Shown piece by piece: positions 47,551 through 56,487 of a DNA stretch of 64,000 bases (positions are counted from its first letter, which is position 1; every line of letters begins with the position of its first letter). A program made the translations under genes and the position numbers. Origin of the DNA: an uncultured Candidatus Saccharibacteria bacterium (GTDB lineage: Bacteria; Patescibacteriota; Saccharimonadia; Saccharimonadales; CAIOMD01); contig OY970318.1 of the NCBI GenBank assembly GCA_963716565.1, forward strand, positions 708,284 through 772,283. Direction: 5' to 3'. The notes under the pieces were generated by a model. That model was not told the origin of the DNA and did no database searches. It saw nothing but the letters and a program-made list of their open reading frames with translations.

Positions 47551-47587
47551 AAATTCTTCAAACCAAGCTATGCTGTTTGAAGAATTT
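47551..47587. repeat. Perfect 13-bp hairpin H1, related to H2 at 50089..50126
   Basis: AAATTCTTCAAAC, 11-nt loop, GTTTGAAGAATTT. About 75 nt upstream of tRNA-Pro(UGG). Confidence 0.7.
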
Positions 47588-47661
47588 AGATGAGGAGTCG
47601 CCACTAAGATGAAGCAATGAATTTATTAATTCATTGCGAATATAAAGGCGAACTCCGAAGA

Positions 47662-47738
47662 CGGGGTGTGGCGCAGTTGGCTAGCGCGCCGCGTTTGGGA
47701 CGCGGAGGCCGGAGGTTCGAGTCCTCTCACCCCGACCA
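47662..47738 (+). tRNA. tRNA-Pro (anticodon UGG), CCA encoded
   Basis: Manual cloverleaf: CGGGGTG/CACCCCG acceptor, anticodon loop TTTGGGA, T-loop TTCGAGT. Confidence 0.92.
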
Positions 47739-47756
47739 CGATTATGTTTGGTTTGT

Positions 47757-48341
47757 ATGACTAATAACATACCATCATCACCAGAAGCATCACGTCCGCC
47801 TGTCTACGGTGAACTATTGGCGGCTAGTACTGGCGACCTTGGTGATATTAGGGCTTTAATGCAGGAAGCGTCTGACTTTAAGCAAAGCCAGGGCGACGAT
47901 TTATGGGGTGACGCACCTTTTACTGACGAAGAAGTAGCAAAATTGATAGACAGCGGCAACATGTTTGTTTATAAGCTGGCCGGCGTTACTGCTGCGTCCT
48001 TGCTGCTTACAAAAAATGATGAACGAATGTGGGGAGAAGATGAGGGCGGGGATGGCTCGGCCCTTTACATACACAGGCTTTGCGTTGGCGATGCCTTTAG
48101 GAGCCAGGGGATAGGCAGTGAAGTAGTGCAACTTGCCGAAGAATATGCCCTAAAAGACGGCAGGACTAAACTGCGGCTAGACTGCCCTTATGATAACCAG
48201 CCATTATGTAAATATTATGAGCGACTAGGTTTTAGCGAGGTGCGAAGATACGATAGACCATCTTCGGTTGGCGCCAGAAACCCAAACAAAGATGTATACA
48301 GGGCCGCTTTTTATCAAAAAGACCTTAGTGAAAAAATATGA
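47757..48341 (+). CDS. GNAT family N-acetyltransferase
   Basis: Acetyl-CoA motif A: HRLCVGDAFRSQGIGSEVV. Confidence 0.8.
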   Translation: MTNNIPSSPEASRPPVYGELLAASTGDLGDIRALMQEASDFKQSQGDDLWGDAPFTDEEVAKLIDSGNMFVYKLAGVTAASLLLTKNDERMWGEDEGGDGSALYIHRLCVGDAFRSQGIGSEVVQLAEEYALKDGRTKLRLDCPYDNQPLCKYYERLGFSEVRRYDRPSSVGARNPNKDVYRAAFYQKDLSEKI

Positions 48342-48356
48342 TAGGATAGAAATATT

Positions 48357-48605
48357 ATGGATTTAAATGCTTGGTTCACAAATAACTGGTGGTGGTTCGT
48401 AATTTTATGGATTTGGTCGCTTATTTGGAAGATTTTTGCCTTATGGCGAGCGGCCCATAAAGAAGATAAGGCTTGGTTCGTAGCCTTGATGATTCTAAAT
48501 ACGGCTGGCTTATTAGAAATTTTCTACCTGTTTGTATTTTCAAAACGAATGTATAAAACTATTCCCGAAAAACCTGAAGAAAAGTCCGACAAAAAACTAA
48601 AGTAA
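48357..48605 (+). CDS. DUF5652-like small membrane protein
   Basis: Trp-rich double-TM pattern WWWFVILWIWSLIWKIFALWRAA...ILNTAGLLEIFYL. Confidence 0.65.
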   Translation: MDLNAWFTNNWWWFVILWIWSLIWKIFALWRAAHKEDKAWFVALMILNTAGLLEIFYLFVFSKRMYKTIPEKPEEKSDKKLK

Positions 48606-48625
48606 GCTATAATCATCTCTGATGT

Positions 48626-48702
48626 CGGAGTATGGCGCAGCTTGGTAGCGCGCACCGTTCGGGACGGTGAGGTCGGCAGTTCAAATCTGCCTACTCCGAC
48701 CA
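48626..48702 (+). tRNA. tRNA-Pro (anticodon CGG), CCA encoded
   Basis: Manual cloverleaf: CGGAGTA/TACTCCG acceptor, anticodon loop TTCGGGA, T-loop TTCAAAT. Confidence 0.92.
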
Positions 48703-48756
48703 TTTTGTTTGCGATTATACTTTATACGTAATACGTCATACTTTATACTTGCTTGT

Positions 48757-49428
48757 ATGTTTGGATTCTTGCTAGCTGCTGTCGGTACGGCTTCAATCTT
48801 ATTAATCGGCGAAATACTCTGGAAAGATAAGCTATTAAAAGGCGAAAAGGCTCGCAAGTTTACTCATATAATTGTGGCTTCTTATGCGGCTTTTTGGCCG
48901 TTTTTTGTTAGCCGGTTCTGGATTGTTGTTTTAAGCGGTATTTTTGCATTGGCCATAATAGTTTGTAAAAGATTGCATGTCTTTAATTCAATGAATGGGG
49001 CCAGACGAGCAACTTATGGTGAAATCTTTTTTGCGCTGAGCATCGGTATTATGGCTTTGATATTTAAAAATAACTATATTTATATGACCGCGCTATTGCA
49101 TATGGCTTTGGCCGATGGTTTTGCGGCAATAGTTGGTATCCATTTGGCTAAAGAGGCCAAGAACTTTAAATTTCACGGGTCTAAAAAAAGCTGGGCTGGC
49201 ACGGCTACGTTTGTAGTCATTTCGTTCATTTTGAATCTTTTTTATTGGATGCTGATGTCTAGAGTTTCGCTTGATGGCAGCCTGATTGGCCTGTCGCCCA
49301 TAATTTACAGTTTCTTATCGGCTGTTGTTTTGGCTATGGTAGAAATTGCCGCACCAAAGGGCAGCGATAACATTGCCGTGCCTTTTGCTGCTGGCCTATT
49401 GCTTTGGTTGCCGCCAGTAGTTTTCTAA
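48757..49428 (+). CDS. Polyprenol/dolichol/phytol kinase-like membrane protein (CTP-dependent kinase / CDS family)
   Basis: Polytopic, with an ADGFAAIVG...KKSWAGTATF pattern. I chose the start at MFGFLLAA because the track's N-terminal extension overlaps the tRNA. Confidence 0.55.
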   Translation: MFGFLLAAVGTASILLIGEILWKDKLLKGEKARKFTHIIVASYAAFWPFFVSRFWIVVLSGIFALAIIVCKRLHVFNSMNGARRATYGEIFFALSIGIMALIFKNNYIYMTALLHMALADGFAAIVGIHLAKEAKNFKFHGSKKSWAGTATFVVISFILNLFYWMLMSRVSLDGSLIGLSPIIYSFLSAVVLAMVEIAAPKGSDNIAVPFAAGLLLWLPPVVF

Positions 49429-49923
49429 GCTATTTTTAACTCTTTGTAATAATCTATTCGTCCCTCGCCAGGTAGGTAGTAATTTGGCATAACCGCAACT
49501 TTTTTGTAGCCTTTGCTTTCGTAAAAAGCCCTAGCTGGTTTATAAGAGTTTATGTCGCACGTCAGTATGTGTATATAGCGGCCACTCTGTGATTTTACAA
49601 AAGATTCCATTGCGCCTAATAGTGCTGAGGCGATGCCTTGCCGGCGATAATCTTTGTGTACGGCCACATAATCTTCGTCCATTTCATAACCGCCATTGTG
49701 GCAATGATTTTCGCGAACACCTATGGCGCCAATAATTCTACTACCATCTGCTATGTACCAATACTGATGTTTTACTGCCCCCCCCCAGGCTGTTCAAAAC
49801 GGCTTTTTTAACAGACTCTTTTTCGTCCGGGAACCAAGTATGAGTAAAGGCGTCAGTTGACGTTAGAAAATCGCCAATCTTATCAGCAATAGTTTTGTCG
49901 TTTAATGCTTTAATTTCGAACAT
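49425..49923 (-). pseudogene. GNAT N-acetyltransferase interrupted by a frameshift at a C9/G9 homopolymer
   Basis: N-terminal 49 codons (MFEIKALND...NSLGGG) and C-terminal ~116 codons (AVKHQYWYIADGSRIIGAIGV...RRQGIASALL...) are in different frames. They join cleanly if the G run is 8 instead of 9. Confidence 0.75.
49778..49786. repeat. Homopolymer C9 (G9 on the coding strand)
   Basis: Counted directly: ...tactg-ccccccccc-aggc... It is the longest G/C homopolymer I noticed in the window. Confidence 0.95.
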
Positions 49924-49933
49924 AATGATTTCT

Positions 49934-50011
49934 TGGGGCGAAAGATGGGAATTGAACCCACGACCTTCTGTGCCACAAACAGACGCTCTAACCAACTGAG
50001 CTACTTCCGCC
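49934..50011 (-). tRNA. tRNA-His (anticodon GUG) with encoded G-1 and CCA
   Basis: Manual cloverleaf: G(-1)-GCGGAAG acceptor (G4:U69), anticodon loop TTGTGGC, discriminator C73. Confidence 0.9.
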
Positions 50012-50088
50012 ACGTCGTCGGCGTTAACTTTCGGCTCTCGCGAGTTCGGCAAGCTCACTCGCTGGCGCCTATCGTTACGCCTCCTCTT

Positions 50089-50126
50089 AAGTTTTACAAA
50101 CAGACAAGTCTTGGTTTGTAAAACTT
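50089..50126. repeat. Perfect 13-bp hairpin H2, related to H1
   Basis: AAGTTTTACAAAC, 12-nt loop (itself AGAC-aa-GTCT), GTTTGTAAAACTT. 77 nt upstream of tRNA-His, in a divergent promoter region. Confidence 0.7.
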
Positions 50127-50248
50127 GTAAAATAACAAAGAACAGGGGTGATTATACTTTAATTATGCCTAAAACACAAATTACGTTAAAGCTATTTTGC
50201 TGATTATAAGCATAAGCCTTACAATTAATAGATTATTTAAAGATACAA

Positions 50249-52717
50249 ATGACACAAGGTTTAACCAACGAACAGGCTACCCACATCTTAAAAAGAGATG
50301 GTTTTAATGAATTGCCAACGGCCCAACCAAAAAGACTTTGGAAGCTGCTGATTGAAATCATTAAAGAGCCAATGATTAGCTTGCTCTTAGCCGCCGGAGT
50401 TCTGTATTTTTTGTTGGGCGATAAAGTGGAAGGCGTTTTGTTGTTATTTTCTATTGTTGGAGTAGTAACTATTTCGCTTTACCAAGAAAAACGCACCGAA
50501 AAATCACTGCACGCCCTAGCTCAGCTATCTAGCCCTAGGGCGGTGGTTATTAGAAACGGCGAAGAAAAACGCGTTGCCGGCCGTGAAGTGGTAGTTGGTG
50601 ATTTAATTATATTAACCGAAGGCGATAGGGTGCCGGCCGACGCCACATTGCTTGAAGCGGTCAATTTGAGTATCGATGAATCTCTTTTAACCGGCGAATC
50701 TAAGCCTGTGCCTAAAGACTTAAATAAAAATAATCAGGTTTACAGTGGCTCATTAATTGTTAGGGGGCATGGATTGGCCGAAGTGACGGCTACTGGCCTA
50801 AAAAGCGAGTTGGGTAAAATCAGCCATTCTTTGCAGTCGATTGAAATCGAAAAAACCTTGCTGCAAAAAGAAATCAAAACGCTCGTGAAGTGGTTGGCTA
50901 TTATTGGTATAACTTTTTGCTTGGCCCTAGCTGGGATTTTTATTGCAAAAGAAGGCGGTGTTTTAGATGGCCTGTTGGCCGGCTTAACTTTGGCAATTGG
51001 TGTTTTGCCAGAAGAATTCCCTATAGTCTTGCTAATATTTTTGGCAGTTGGCGCTTGGCGGCTAGCCAAAATCAATGTCTTAGCTAGGCGGGCAGTGACT
51101 ATTGAAACCTTGGGTGCGGCTACCGTTTTGTGTGTAGACAAAACCGGTACGATCACCAAAAACAAAATGACTATTAAAAAAATCCTATCTGGTAAAACTA
51201 TCTTATTGAACGACTTCGAAGACGAACACGAAATTATCAAATATGGCATTATGGCTAGCCAGCAAAAGCCATTCGACCCAATGGAAATGGCTTTTATAGA
51301 AGAAGGCAAGAGCCGTTTTAGTATTGGCGATTTATACAAGCAGTATGGGTTGGTAAAAGAGTACCCGCTAGAAGAAACATCGCTAAGCGTGGCTCATGTT
51401 TACCGGCAGCAAAAAGATGGCTATGCGGTTGCTTTAAAGGGTTCGCCAGAAACCGTAGCCGACCTGTGCCATTTAAAAGATCATCATTTGATTTTGGACG
51501 AAGCTTCGGCCATGGCAAAAGACGGCCTAAGAGTAATCGCCGTGGCTAAAGGAATATATGCCAAGGATCAATTGCCGAAAGACCGCCACGATATTAAGTT
51601 TGAGTTTTTGGGCTTAGTTGGACTGGAAGACCCAGTTAGGCCTGGTGTAAAAGAATCGGTTGAGCTGGCTAATAAAGCCGGCGTTAGAATAATTATGATA
51701 ACTGGCGATCACAAAGATACGGCCGTTAATATCGCTAAACAAATTGGCTTAACTAGCGAAGGGGCTTTAACTGGATACGAGCTCGAAGCTTTATCTAAGG
51801 ACCAAAAGCAAGAAGCCTTAAAAACCGTGAATGTTTTTTGCCGAGTTGTGCCTAGTCAAAAACTACTAATTGTAGAAGAGTTAAAAAAGATGGGCGAAGT
51901 AGTGGCTATGACCGGTGATGGTGTTAACGATGCTCCGGCTCTAAAAGCGGCCCATATTGGTATTGCTATGGGCCAAAGGGGGACCGATGTGGCTCGCGAA
52001 GCCTCATCCATCGTCTTATTAGACGACGACTTTAATTCGATAATCGATGGTGTCAAAACTGGCCGCCGTATTTACGATAACTTGCAAAAAGCGGTGAATT
52101 ATTTAATTTCAGTGCACGTGCCAATTGTATTAATGGCAATTTTACCGGTGTTTTTTGGTGTGCCGTTAATATTATTGCCAGTGCACATTGTGTTTTTAGA
52201 ATTCGTAATTGACCCAACCTGTACTATTGTTTTTGAATCCGACAAACCAGACAAAGATATAATGAACCGTCCGCCCCGGCACACTAAACAGCGAATTATT
52301 AGCCTTAGGAACCTAATGTTGCCGATTATTCGAGGGCTAATTATTGGATTAATTGTTTTTTGGGCTTACCGCTCTTACCTGCCCAGTCATGGTGAAAACA
52401 TTGCCAGGACTTTTGCATTTTCGATGTTTGTTTGCCTTAACATTGTTTTGATATTTGTTAACTTGGCTAAAAGGCAAAACATATTTTCTAAGATTGCTCA
52501 TAACGATAACAAGGCTTTGGTGGTGGTTATTGGGCTAACTATTCTGATGCTGGTGCTAGCTATAAAAGTTGAAGCGGTAGCCAAGATTTTTAACTTTGGC
52601 AATCTATCTCTCTCTAGCGTCTGGACAATCTTAATAATTTCGTTAGCGTTCTTGATCTTTTCGGAATTGATGAAGGCGACTTCTGGCCTGTTTTATGGCA
52701 AACGGGTCAAAACATAA
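50249..52717 (+). CDS. Cation-transporting P-type ATPase (P2-type, Ca2+/Mg2+-like)
   Basis: DKTGTITKN phosphorylation site, TGES, TGDHKDTA and GDGVNDAPALK motifs; 822 aa. Confidence 0.93.
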   Translation: MTQGLTNEQATHILKRDGFNELPTAQPKRLWKLLIEIIKEPMISLLLAAGVLYFLLGDKVEGVLLLFSIVGVVTISLYQEKRTEKSLHALAQLSSPRAVVIRNGEEKRVAGREVVVGDLIILTEGDRVPADATLLEAVNLSIDESLLTGESKPVPKDLNKNNQVYSGSLIVRGHGLAEVTATGLKSELGKISHSLQSIEIEKTLLQKEIKTLVKWLAIIGITFCLALAGIFIAKEGGVLDGLLAGLTLAIGVLPEEFPIVLLIFLAVGAWRLAKINVLARRAVTIETLGAATVLCVDKTGTITKNKMTIKKILSGKTILLNDFEDEHEIIKYGIMASQQKPFDPMEMAFIEEGKSRFSIGDLYKQYGLVKEYPLEETSLSVAHVYRQQKDGYAVALKGSPETVADLCHLKDHHLILDEASAMAKDGLRVIAVAKGIYAKDQLPKDRHDIKFEFLGLVGLEDPVRPGVKESVELANKAGVRIIMITGDHKDTAVNIAKQIGLTSEGALTGYELEALSKDQKQEALKTVNVFCRVVPSQKLLIVEELKKMGEVVAMTGDGVNDAPALKAAHIGIAMGQRGTDVAREASSIVLLDDDFNSIIDGVKTGRRIYDNLQKAVNYLISVHVPIVLMAILPVFFGVPLILLPVHIVFLEFVIDPTCTIVFESDKPDKDIMNRPPRHTKQRIISLRNLMLPIIRGLIIGLIVFWAYRSYLPSHGENIARTFAFSMFVCLNIVLIFVNLAKRQNIFSKIAHNDNKALVVVIGLTILMLVLAIKVEAVAKIFNFGNLSLSSVWTILIISLAFLIFSELMKATSGLFYGKRVKT

Positions 52718-52772
52718 TCGTTTACAGGCTTACTCGTGCTCGTATATAATTGAAGCAATTCATGGAGGGTAT

Positions 52773-55178
52773 ATGAAGAAGATTTATTTTATAGCTGGCG
52801 TTTTTGTGGCTTCTTTAGTGTTGGCAATTTTACCGGGCGTTGTTATGGCTGGCTATACAAAACCAGGTTATGACTACGAGATTATAGACAGATTAGACGT
52901 GGCTCGGGCAGCAGAGCCTACCGCTTGGGCTAATTATTCTGCCGAAACCAATTCTGGCGGCCAGACTATGCTAGTAAACCCCGGAGATATCGTTTACTTT
53001 CGTTTTAAATCCTGGAATCTGGGCGGTAATACTTGGGCGAGCTATGCTGGAAACTCTACGAATTACTCATCTTTTGAGTATTTTGACGCTTTTGACAGTT
53101 TTGCGCCTACAGCTTTTGACCCTAGCCCGCTAGATGTTCGCGCTACTAATCCAGACGAAGATGGCGATGACAACGATTACAGATATAGCAGCCATTCAGG
53201 AAGTAGCTTTAGTTTTTGGTTTAATGATTTGGGTATAGAAACGTCAGAAGAGGTTGGTTACCAGAGCGGTATTATGGAAGCCAAAGTTAGTAATGCCGCC
53301 GAAGTTGGCACTGTAATAGCTGTAACCATTGCAGTTGACGGCGGTATGGAAAATACGATGAACGCTAATTTTTTAATGCCTACAACGTATGCAGATGAAT
53401 ATTCTACTACCCAAGTCCAACTTGTGGTTACTGATGGTGTTGCCGGTATTTATGAACCGCCAATCGGTGGGATAGAAATTAATGACTGCGAAGAATTGCA
53501 GCTGATTGGCAACGACTACCTGTATCCTCTGAGCGGTGATTATGTTTTGGGCAATAACATCGATTGTTCGGACACCGTGAACTGGAATGATGAGTATGGT
53601 TTTATACCGCTAGGCTCAGAGGAGACGCCTTTTACTGGAACCTTCAACGGTAACGGTAAAGTTATTTCTGATTTGTATATGGATGCAAGCAATAACACGG
53701 GCTTGTTTTCTTATGTGCAGGCAGGGGAGATTTATAATCTCGGCTTAACTGCAATCCAGGTCTATGGTTATGGTAACACCGGTGGCCTAGCAGGAGTTTT
53801 AGATGGCGCATCGACCATAGAAAATAGTTATGTAACTGGCCAGCTTGATGGCTGGTCTGCCAATGTTGGTGGCTTGGTGGGTTATGCCAAGGGCAATAGC
53901 AGTATAATTGATTGTTATTCTGACGTTGCGGTTGAAGGCGAGTTTGGAGTCGGTGGCTTGGTTGGTAGAATGGAAGGCTTTATTGAAAATTCTTATGCCC
54001 TGGGTAGTGTGACAAGCGAATGGGGTTTTGGCATTGGCGGTTTAGTGGGCAAAATGTACGGTGGCGAAATAACTCAGTCATATGCCACCGGTGAAGTTGT
54101 GGCTTATGCCGATGATGATTTTGATCCAAACGGCTATTTTAGTTCTTTTGCTGGCGGTTTAGTTGGCTATTCGGCTTCGGGCAATATTAACCTATCTTAT
54201 GCTACGGGTGATGTAACCGGAGCAGGGATGAGGATTGGCGGGCTAGTTGGCGGCTCTTCTGGCACGGTAGAAAACTGCTATGCCACAGGCGATGTAATAG
54301 GTAGCGGTGAATACGACCCAGAATATAATTTAAGAATGGGCGGCCTAGTGGGTGGCTTAACCGGCCAAGTACTTAATTCATATGCCGTAGGCGATGTGTC
54401 TGGTTATGCAAATATTGGCGGCTTGGTAGGCTGGGCTGATGGTGGCTCGGTTGCCGACTCTTTTGAAATCGGACTAGTTACTGCCGATGTTGACTATGAA
54501 GAGTCGGGCGGCCTAGTGGGCTACTTTACAGATTCGGGAGTCGATGTAACAAACGGCTACTGGAACGATACGGGTACCTACCCAGAAGGTTTTGATTGTT
54601 ATTATGACGGAGATGAATACTACTGGGGCAATGATGGCTGCACAAGCGTAGCTAATAATGAGGAGTTCTTTTATGACGTTGCTAACGACCCAATGGCAGA
54701 ATGGGATTTTGACAGCATTTGGCTTGCCCAAGACGGCGATTATCCGATTCTTGCCTGGCAGGTTGATAATCCGCCATACTTTGTTGATGTAGACGAAGGG
54801 GTTGGCCAAGTAAACGTTACCAACGGGCAGATTATTACTACTAACCCATACATAATCACAGTTCGCCCGGCTGACGATGTAGAAGTAGAAAGGGTGGAGT
54901 TCTATGTAGATGGTGTTTTGATATGCACCGACTATACGGCTGACGCAAATGGAGTCTATTCTTGCGCCTGGGACACATCACTCTATCATTCCGATATCAG
55001 GATAATTGCCTATGATAACAACGGCAACCCATCCGCTCCCTTAGAGCGCTATGCTATCATAGACTTGGATGGGAGTGGTCTGCCAAATACCGGAATCAGT
55101 GCCTGGGCGTACCTGTTGGGCCTATTACCGGTTGCAGCGATAGGTATCAGGAAGCTTTGGCGACCATCTAATCGGTAA
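52773..55178 (+). CDS. Large cell-surface protein with GLUG-motif repeats and LPNTG sorting signal
   Basis: Signal peptide MKKIYFIAGVFVASLVLAILPGVVMA after a GGAGGG Shine-Dalgarno. More than 10 GGLVG/GGLAG repeats. C-terminal LPNTG, hydrophobic helix and RKLWRPSNR. Confidence 0.8.
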   Translation: MKKIYFIAGVFVASLVLAILPGVVMAGYTKPGYDYEIIDRLDVARAAEPTAWANYSAETNSGGQTMLVNPGDIVYFRFKSWNLGGNTWASYAGNSTNYSSFEYFDAFDSFAPTAFDPSPLDVRATNPDEDGDDNDYRYSSHSGSSFSFWFNDLGIETSEEVGYQSGIMEAKVSNAAEVGTVIAVTIAVDGGMENTMNANFLMPTTYADEYSTTQVQLVVTDGVAGIYEPPIGGIEINDCEELQLIGNDYLYPLSGDYVLGNNIDCSDTVNWNDEYGFIPLGSEETPFTGTFNGNGKVISDLYMDASNNTGLFSYVQAGEIYNLGLTAIQVYGYGNTGGLAGVLDGASTIENSYVTGQLDGWSANVGGLVGYAKGNSSIIDCYSDVAVEGEFGVGGLVGRMEGFIENSYALGSVTSEWGFGIGGLVGKMYGGEITQSYATGEVVAYADDDFDPNGYFSSFAGGLVGYSASGNINLSYATGDVTGAGMRIGGLVGGSSGTVENCYATGDVIGSGEYDPEYNLRMGGLVGGLTGQVLNSYAVGDVSGYANIGGLVGWADGGSVADSFEIGLVTADVDYEESGGLVGYFTDSGVDVTNGYWNDTGTYPEGFDCYYDGDEYYWGNDGCTSVANNEEFFYDVANDPMAEWDFDSIWLAQDGDYPILAWQVDNPPYFVDVDEGVGQVNVTNGQIITTNPYIITVRPADDVEVERVEFYVDGVLICTDYTADANGVYSCAWDTSLYHSDIRIIAYDNNGNPSAPLERYAIIDLDGSGLPNTGISAWAYLLGLLPVAAIGIRKLWRPSNR

Positions 55179-55197
55179 CCTTGTTATTCAGATTAAG

Positions 55198-56058
55198 CTA
55201 TTTACACAGAGTTACGACTTTGTCGTTCATATCAGGATATGGGTTGGGGTAGTCAGCCAGGCGTACTGGTTGATCTGCCGGCCATTGTACTCGGCCTTCA
55301 TCTAATAAAATTCTTGGATAATATGGCACTAAGTCTAAGCTAAGAAACATTTCTGTTAATGGTTCCCAGAACCATTTGTCTTCCTTCCAGCGCAGGCTAT
55401 CCAGACTTTGGATTATAACGAGTAACATGGTTAATGTTGTGGCGATTAGGCTAGTGATAATTATGGATAGCCATTGGCCGTTATTAAGATTAAAAACAAA
55501 GAATAAAACCAATGCGAGCAAAGAGCAGGCCGTGAGCCACTCAAAATGTGAAACCCGTTCTTTTACCAGTGTTTCAATTCGATTCCTGTCTTTGGTAATA
55601 CCGCTTAAAATGCCAATAGCTTGCCCTAGAGCTGCTTCTTGTTTTTTATTTTCTGGCTCTATGCTGAGCATATATTCGAATAATTCCCTAAATTCAACTC
55701 CGCTGTAAGAGTAGTCGCCAATCTTGTAATCCATACTGGCAATCAAATATCGATCGATAGTGTCTCGTACTTTATCTGTGGCATGTTTAGGAAAGGTGCC
55801 GCCAATGTTGTAGTAAATGGCTTTTATGTCGCCACCTTCCTCGCGTAAGGCCTCTACAACGTTAGAATGTTTTTTGCGACCCTGGGAAATCAGATTAGAT
55901 ATATAAAAACCAAACACAAATGATGTGACAGATAATAAGGTCGACGCCGAATCAGACAAGTTGCCACCGTGCCAAAGGACTGCAATTAATAGAAATACCA
56001 CAAAGCTTGGTAGCATAAAATATATCGGGTTAGAAAAGGTGAGTAGTTTTTTAAACAT
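55198..56058 (-). CDS. Membrane protein, DUF4239-like; paralog of 46765..47490
   Basis: See 46765..47490. TM helices at both ends flank a soluble helical core. Confidence 0.55.
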   Translation of the reverse strand: MFKKLLTFSNPIYFMLPSFVVFLLIAVLWHGGNLSDSASTLLSVTSFVFGFYISNLISQGRKKHSNVVEALREEGGDIKAIYYNIGGTFPKHATDKVRDTIDRYLIASMDYKIGDYSYSGVEFRELFEYMLSIEPENKKQEAALGQAIGILSGITKDRNRIETLVKERVSHFEWLTACSLLALVLFFVFNLNNGQWLSIIITSLIATTLTMLLVIIQSLDSLRWKEDKWFWEPLTEMFLSLDLVPYYPRILLDEGRVQWPADQPVRLADYPNPYPDMNDKVVTLCK

Positions 56059-56139
56059 AGGATATATGAATTGTTTATGCTTAATTTGATTTAAATATAA
56101 CAGAAAATCAGGTATGTAATAAATGAATATCAGTTTTCA

Positions 56140-56148
56140 TGATATAAT
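56140..56148 (+). promoter_or_regulatory. Extended -10 promoter element for tRNA-Gly
   Basis: TGaTATAAT, 11 nt upstream of the tRNA 5' end. Confidence 0.55.
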
Positions 56149-56159
56149 GACCCCTGTTC

Positions 56160-56234
56160 GCGGGTATAGTACAGCGGCTAGTATGCAAGTTTTCCAAACT
56201 TGAGACGGGAGTTCGATTCTCCCTACCCGCACCA
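56160..56234 (+). tRNA. tRNA-Gly (anticodon UCC), CCA encoded
   Basis: Manual cloverleaf: GCGGGTA/TACCCGC acceptor, anticodon loop TTTCCAA, T-loop TTCGATT. Confidence 0.92.
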
Positions 56235-56259
56235 CGTTGGAATTTGCTATCGGCTTGCA

Positions 56260-56268
56260 TGATAGAAT
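56260..56268 (+). promoter_or_regulatory. Extended -10 promoter element for tRNA-Arg
   Basis: TGaTAGAAT, 8 nt upstream of the tRNA 5' end. It has the same CATGATA context as the tRNA-Gly promoter. Confidence 0.5.
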
Positions 56269-56276
56269 CATGCTAT

Positions 56277-56352
56277 GCCCCAGTAGCTCAGCGGATAGAG
56301 CAGGACGTTTCTACCGTCAAGGTCGGGGGTTCGATTCCCTCCTGGGGTACCA
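56277..56352 (+). tRNA. tRNA-Arg (anticodon UCU), CCA encoded
   Basis: Manual cloverleaf: GCCCCAG/CTGGGGT acceptor (G1:U72), anticodon loop TTTCTAC, T-loop TTCGATT. Confidence 0.9.
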
Positions 56353-56388
56353 ATGAAAATACCGAGTTTAATACTCGGTTTTTTCATT
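56352..56388 (+). terminator. Terminator-like long hairpin after tRNA-Arg
   Basis: AATGAAAATACCGAGT / ACTCGGTTTTTTCATT, 16 bp with one T:T mismatch. The U-run lies within the 3' arm. Confidence 0.6.
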
Positions 56389-56390
56389 GG

Positions 56391-56487
56391 TTATTCACGA
56401 AGTGAAATCGAACCCCCGGGGCGGTTCGTAGAGCGATTAGCGGCAATAGTCAGGCGCGTAGCCCTGACGCTTTCCCTCCTGGGGTAC
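56391..56487 (+). other. Decayed tRNA-like segment ending in a 16-nt copy of the tRNA-Arg(UCU) 3' end
   Basis: TTCCCTCCTGGGGTAC at 56472-56487 is identical to 56335-56350. The interior retains GCGG..TAGAGCG (D-arm-like) and GTCAGG-cgcgtag-CCTGAC. No intact T-arm. Confidence 0.6.

Noticed and set aside
48667-48756. N-terminal 30 codons of track ORF 48667..49428
   Set aside because: They overlap the 3' part of tRNA-Pro(CGG). The internal ATG 48757 gives a normal membrane-protein N-terminus.
49933-50121. 62-aa plus-strand ORF, and the N-terminal extension of minus ORF 49741..50058
   Set aside because: Both read through the tRNA-His gene. The GNAT start at MFEIKALND (49923) fits the domain.
50127-50248. 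Metal riboswitch (M-box or yybP-ykoY) upstream of the P-type ATPase
   Set aside because: The leader after the candidate promoter (TTGCTG-17-TACAAT) is only ~25 nt, and no conserved riboswitch core motifs are visible.
50740-51339. 199-aa antisense ORF inside the P-type ATPase gene, and similar long antisense ORFs at 34097..34540, 29616..29999, 21875..22240 and 24524..24913
   Set aside because: They lie entirely opposite well-supported conserved genes, have no Shine-Dalgarno or promoter, and show low-complexity Ser/Pro/Leu/Arg-rich compositions typical of shadow ORFs.
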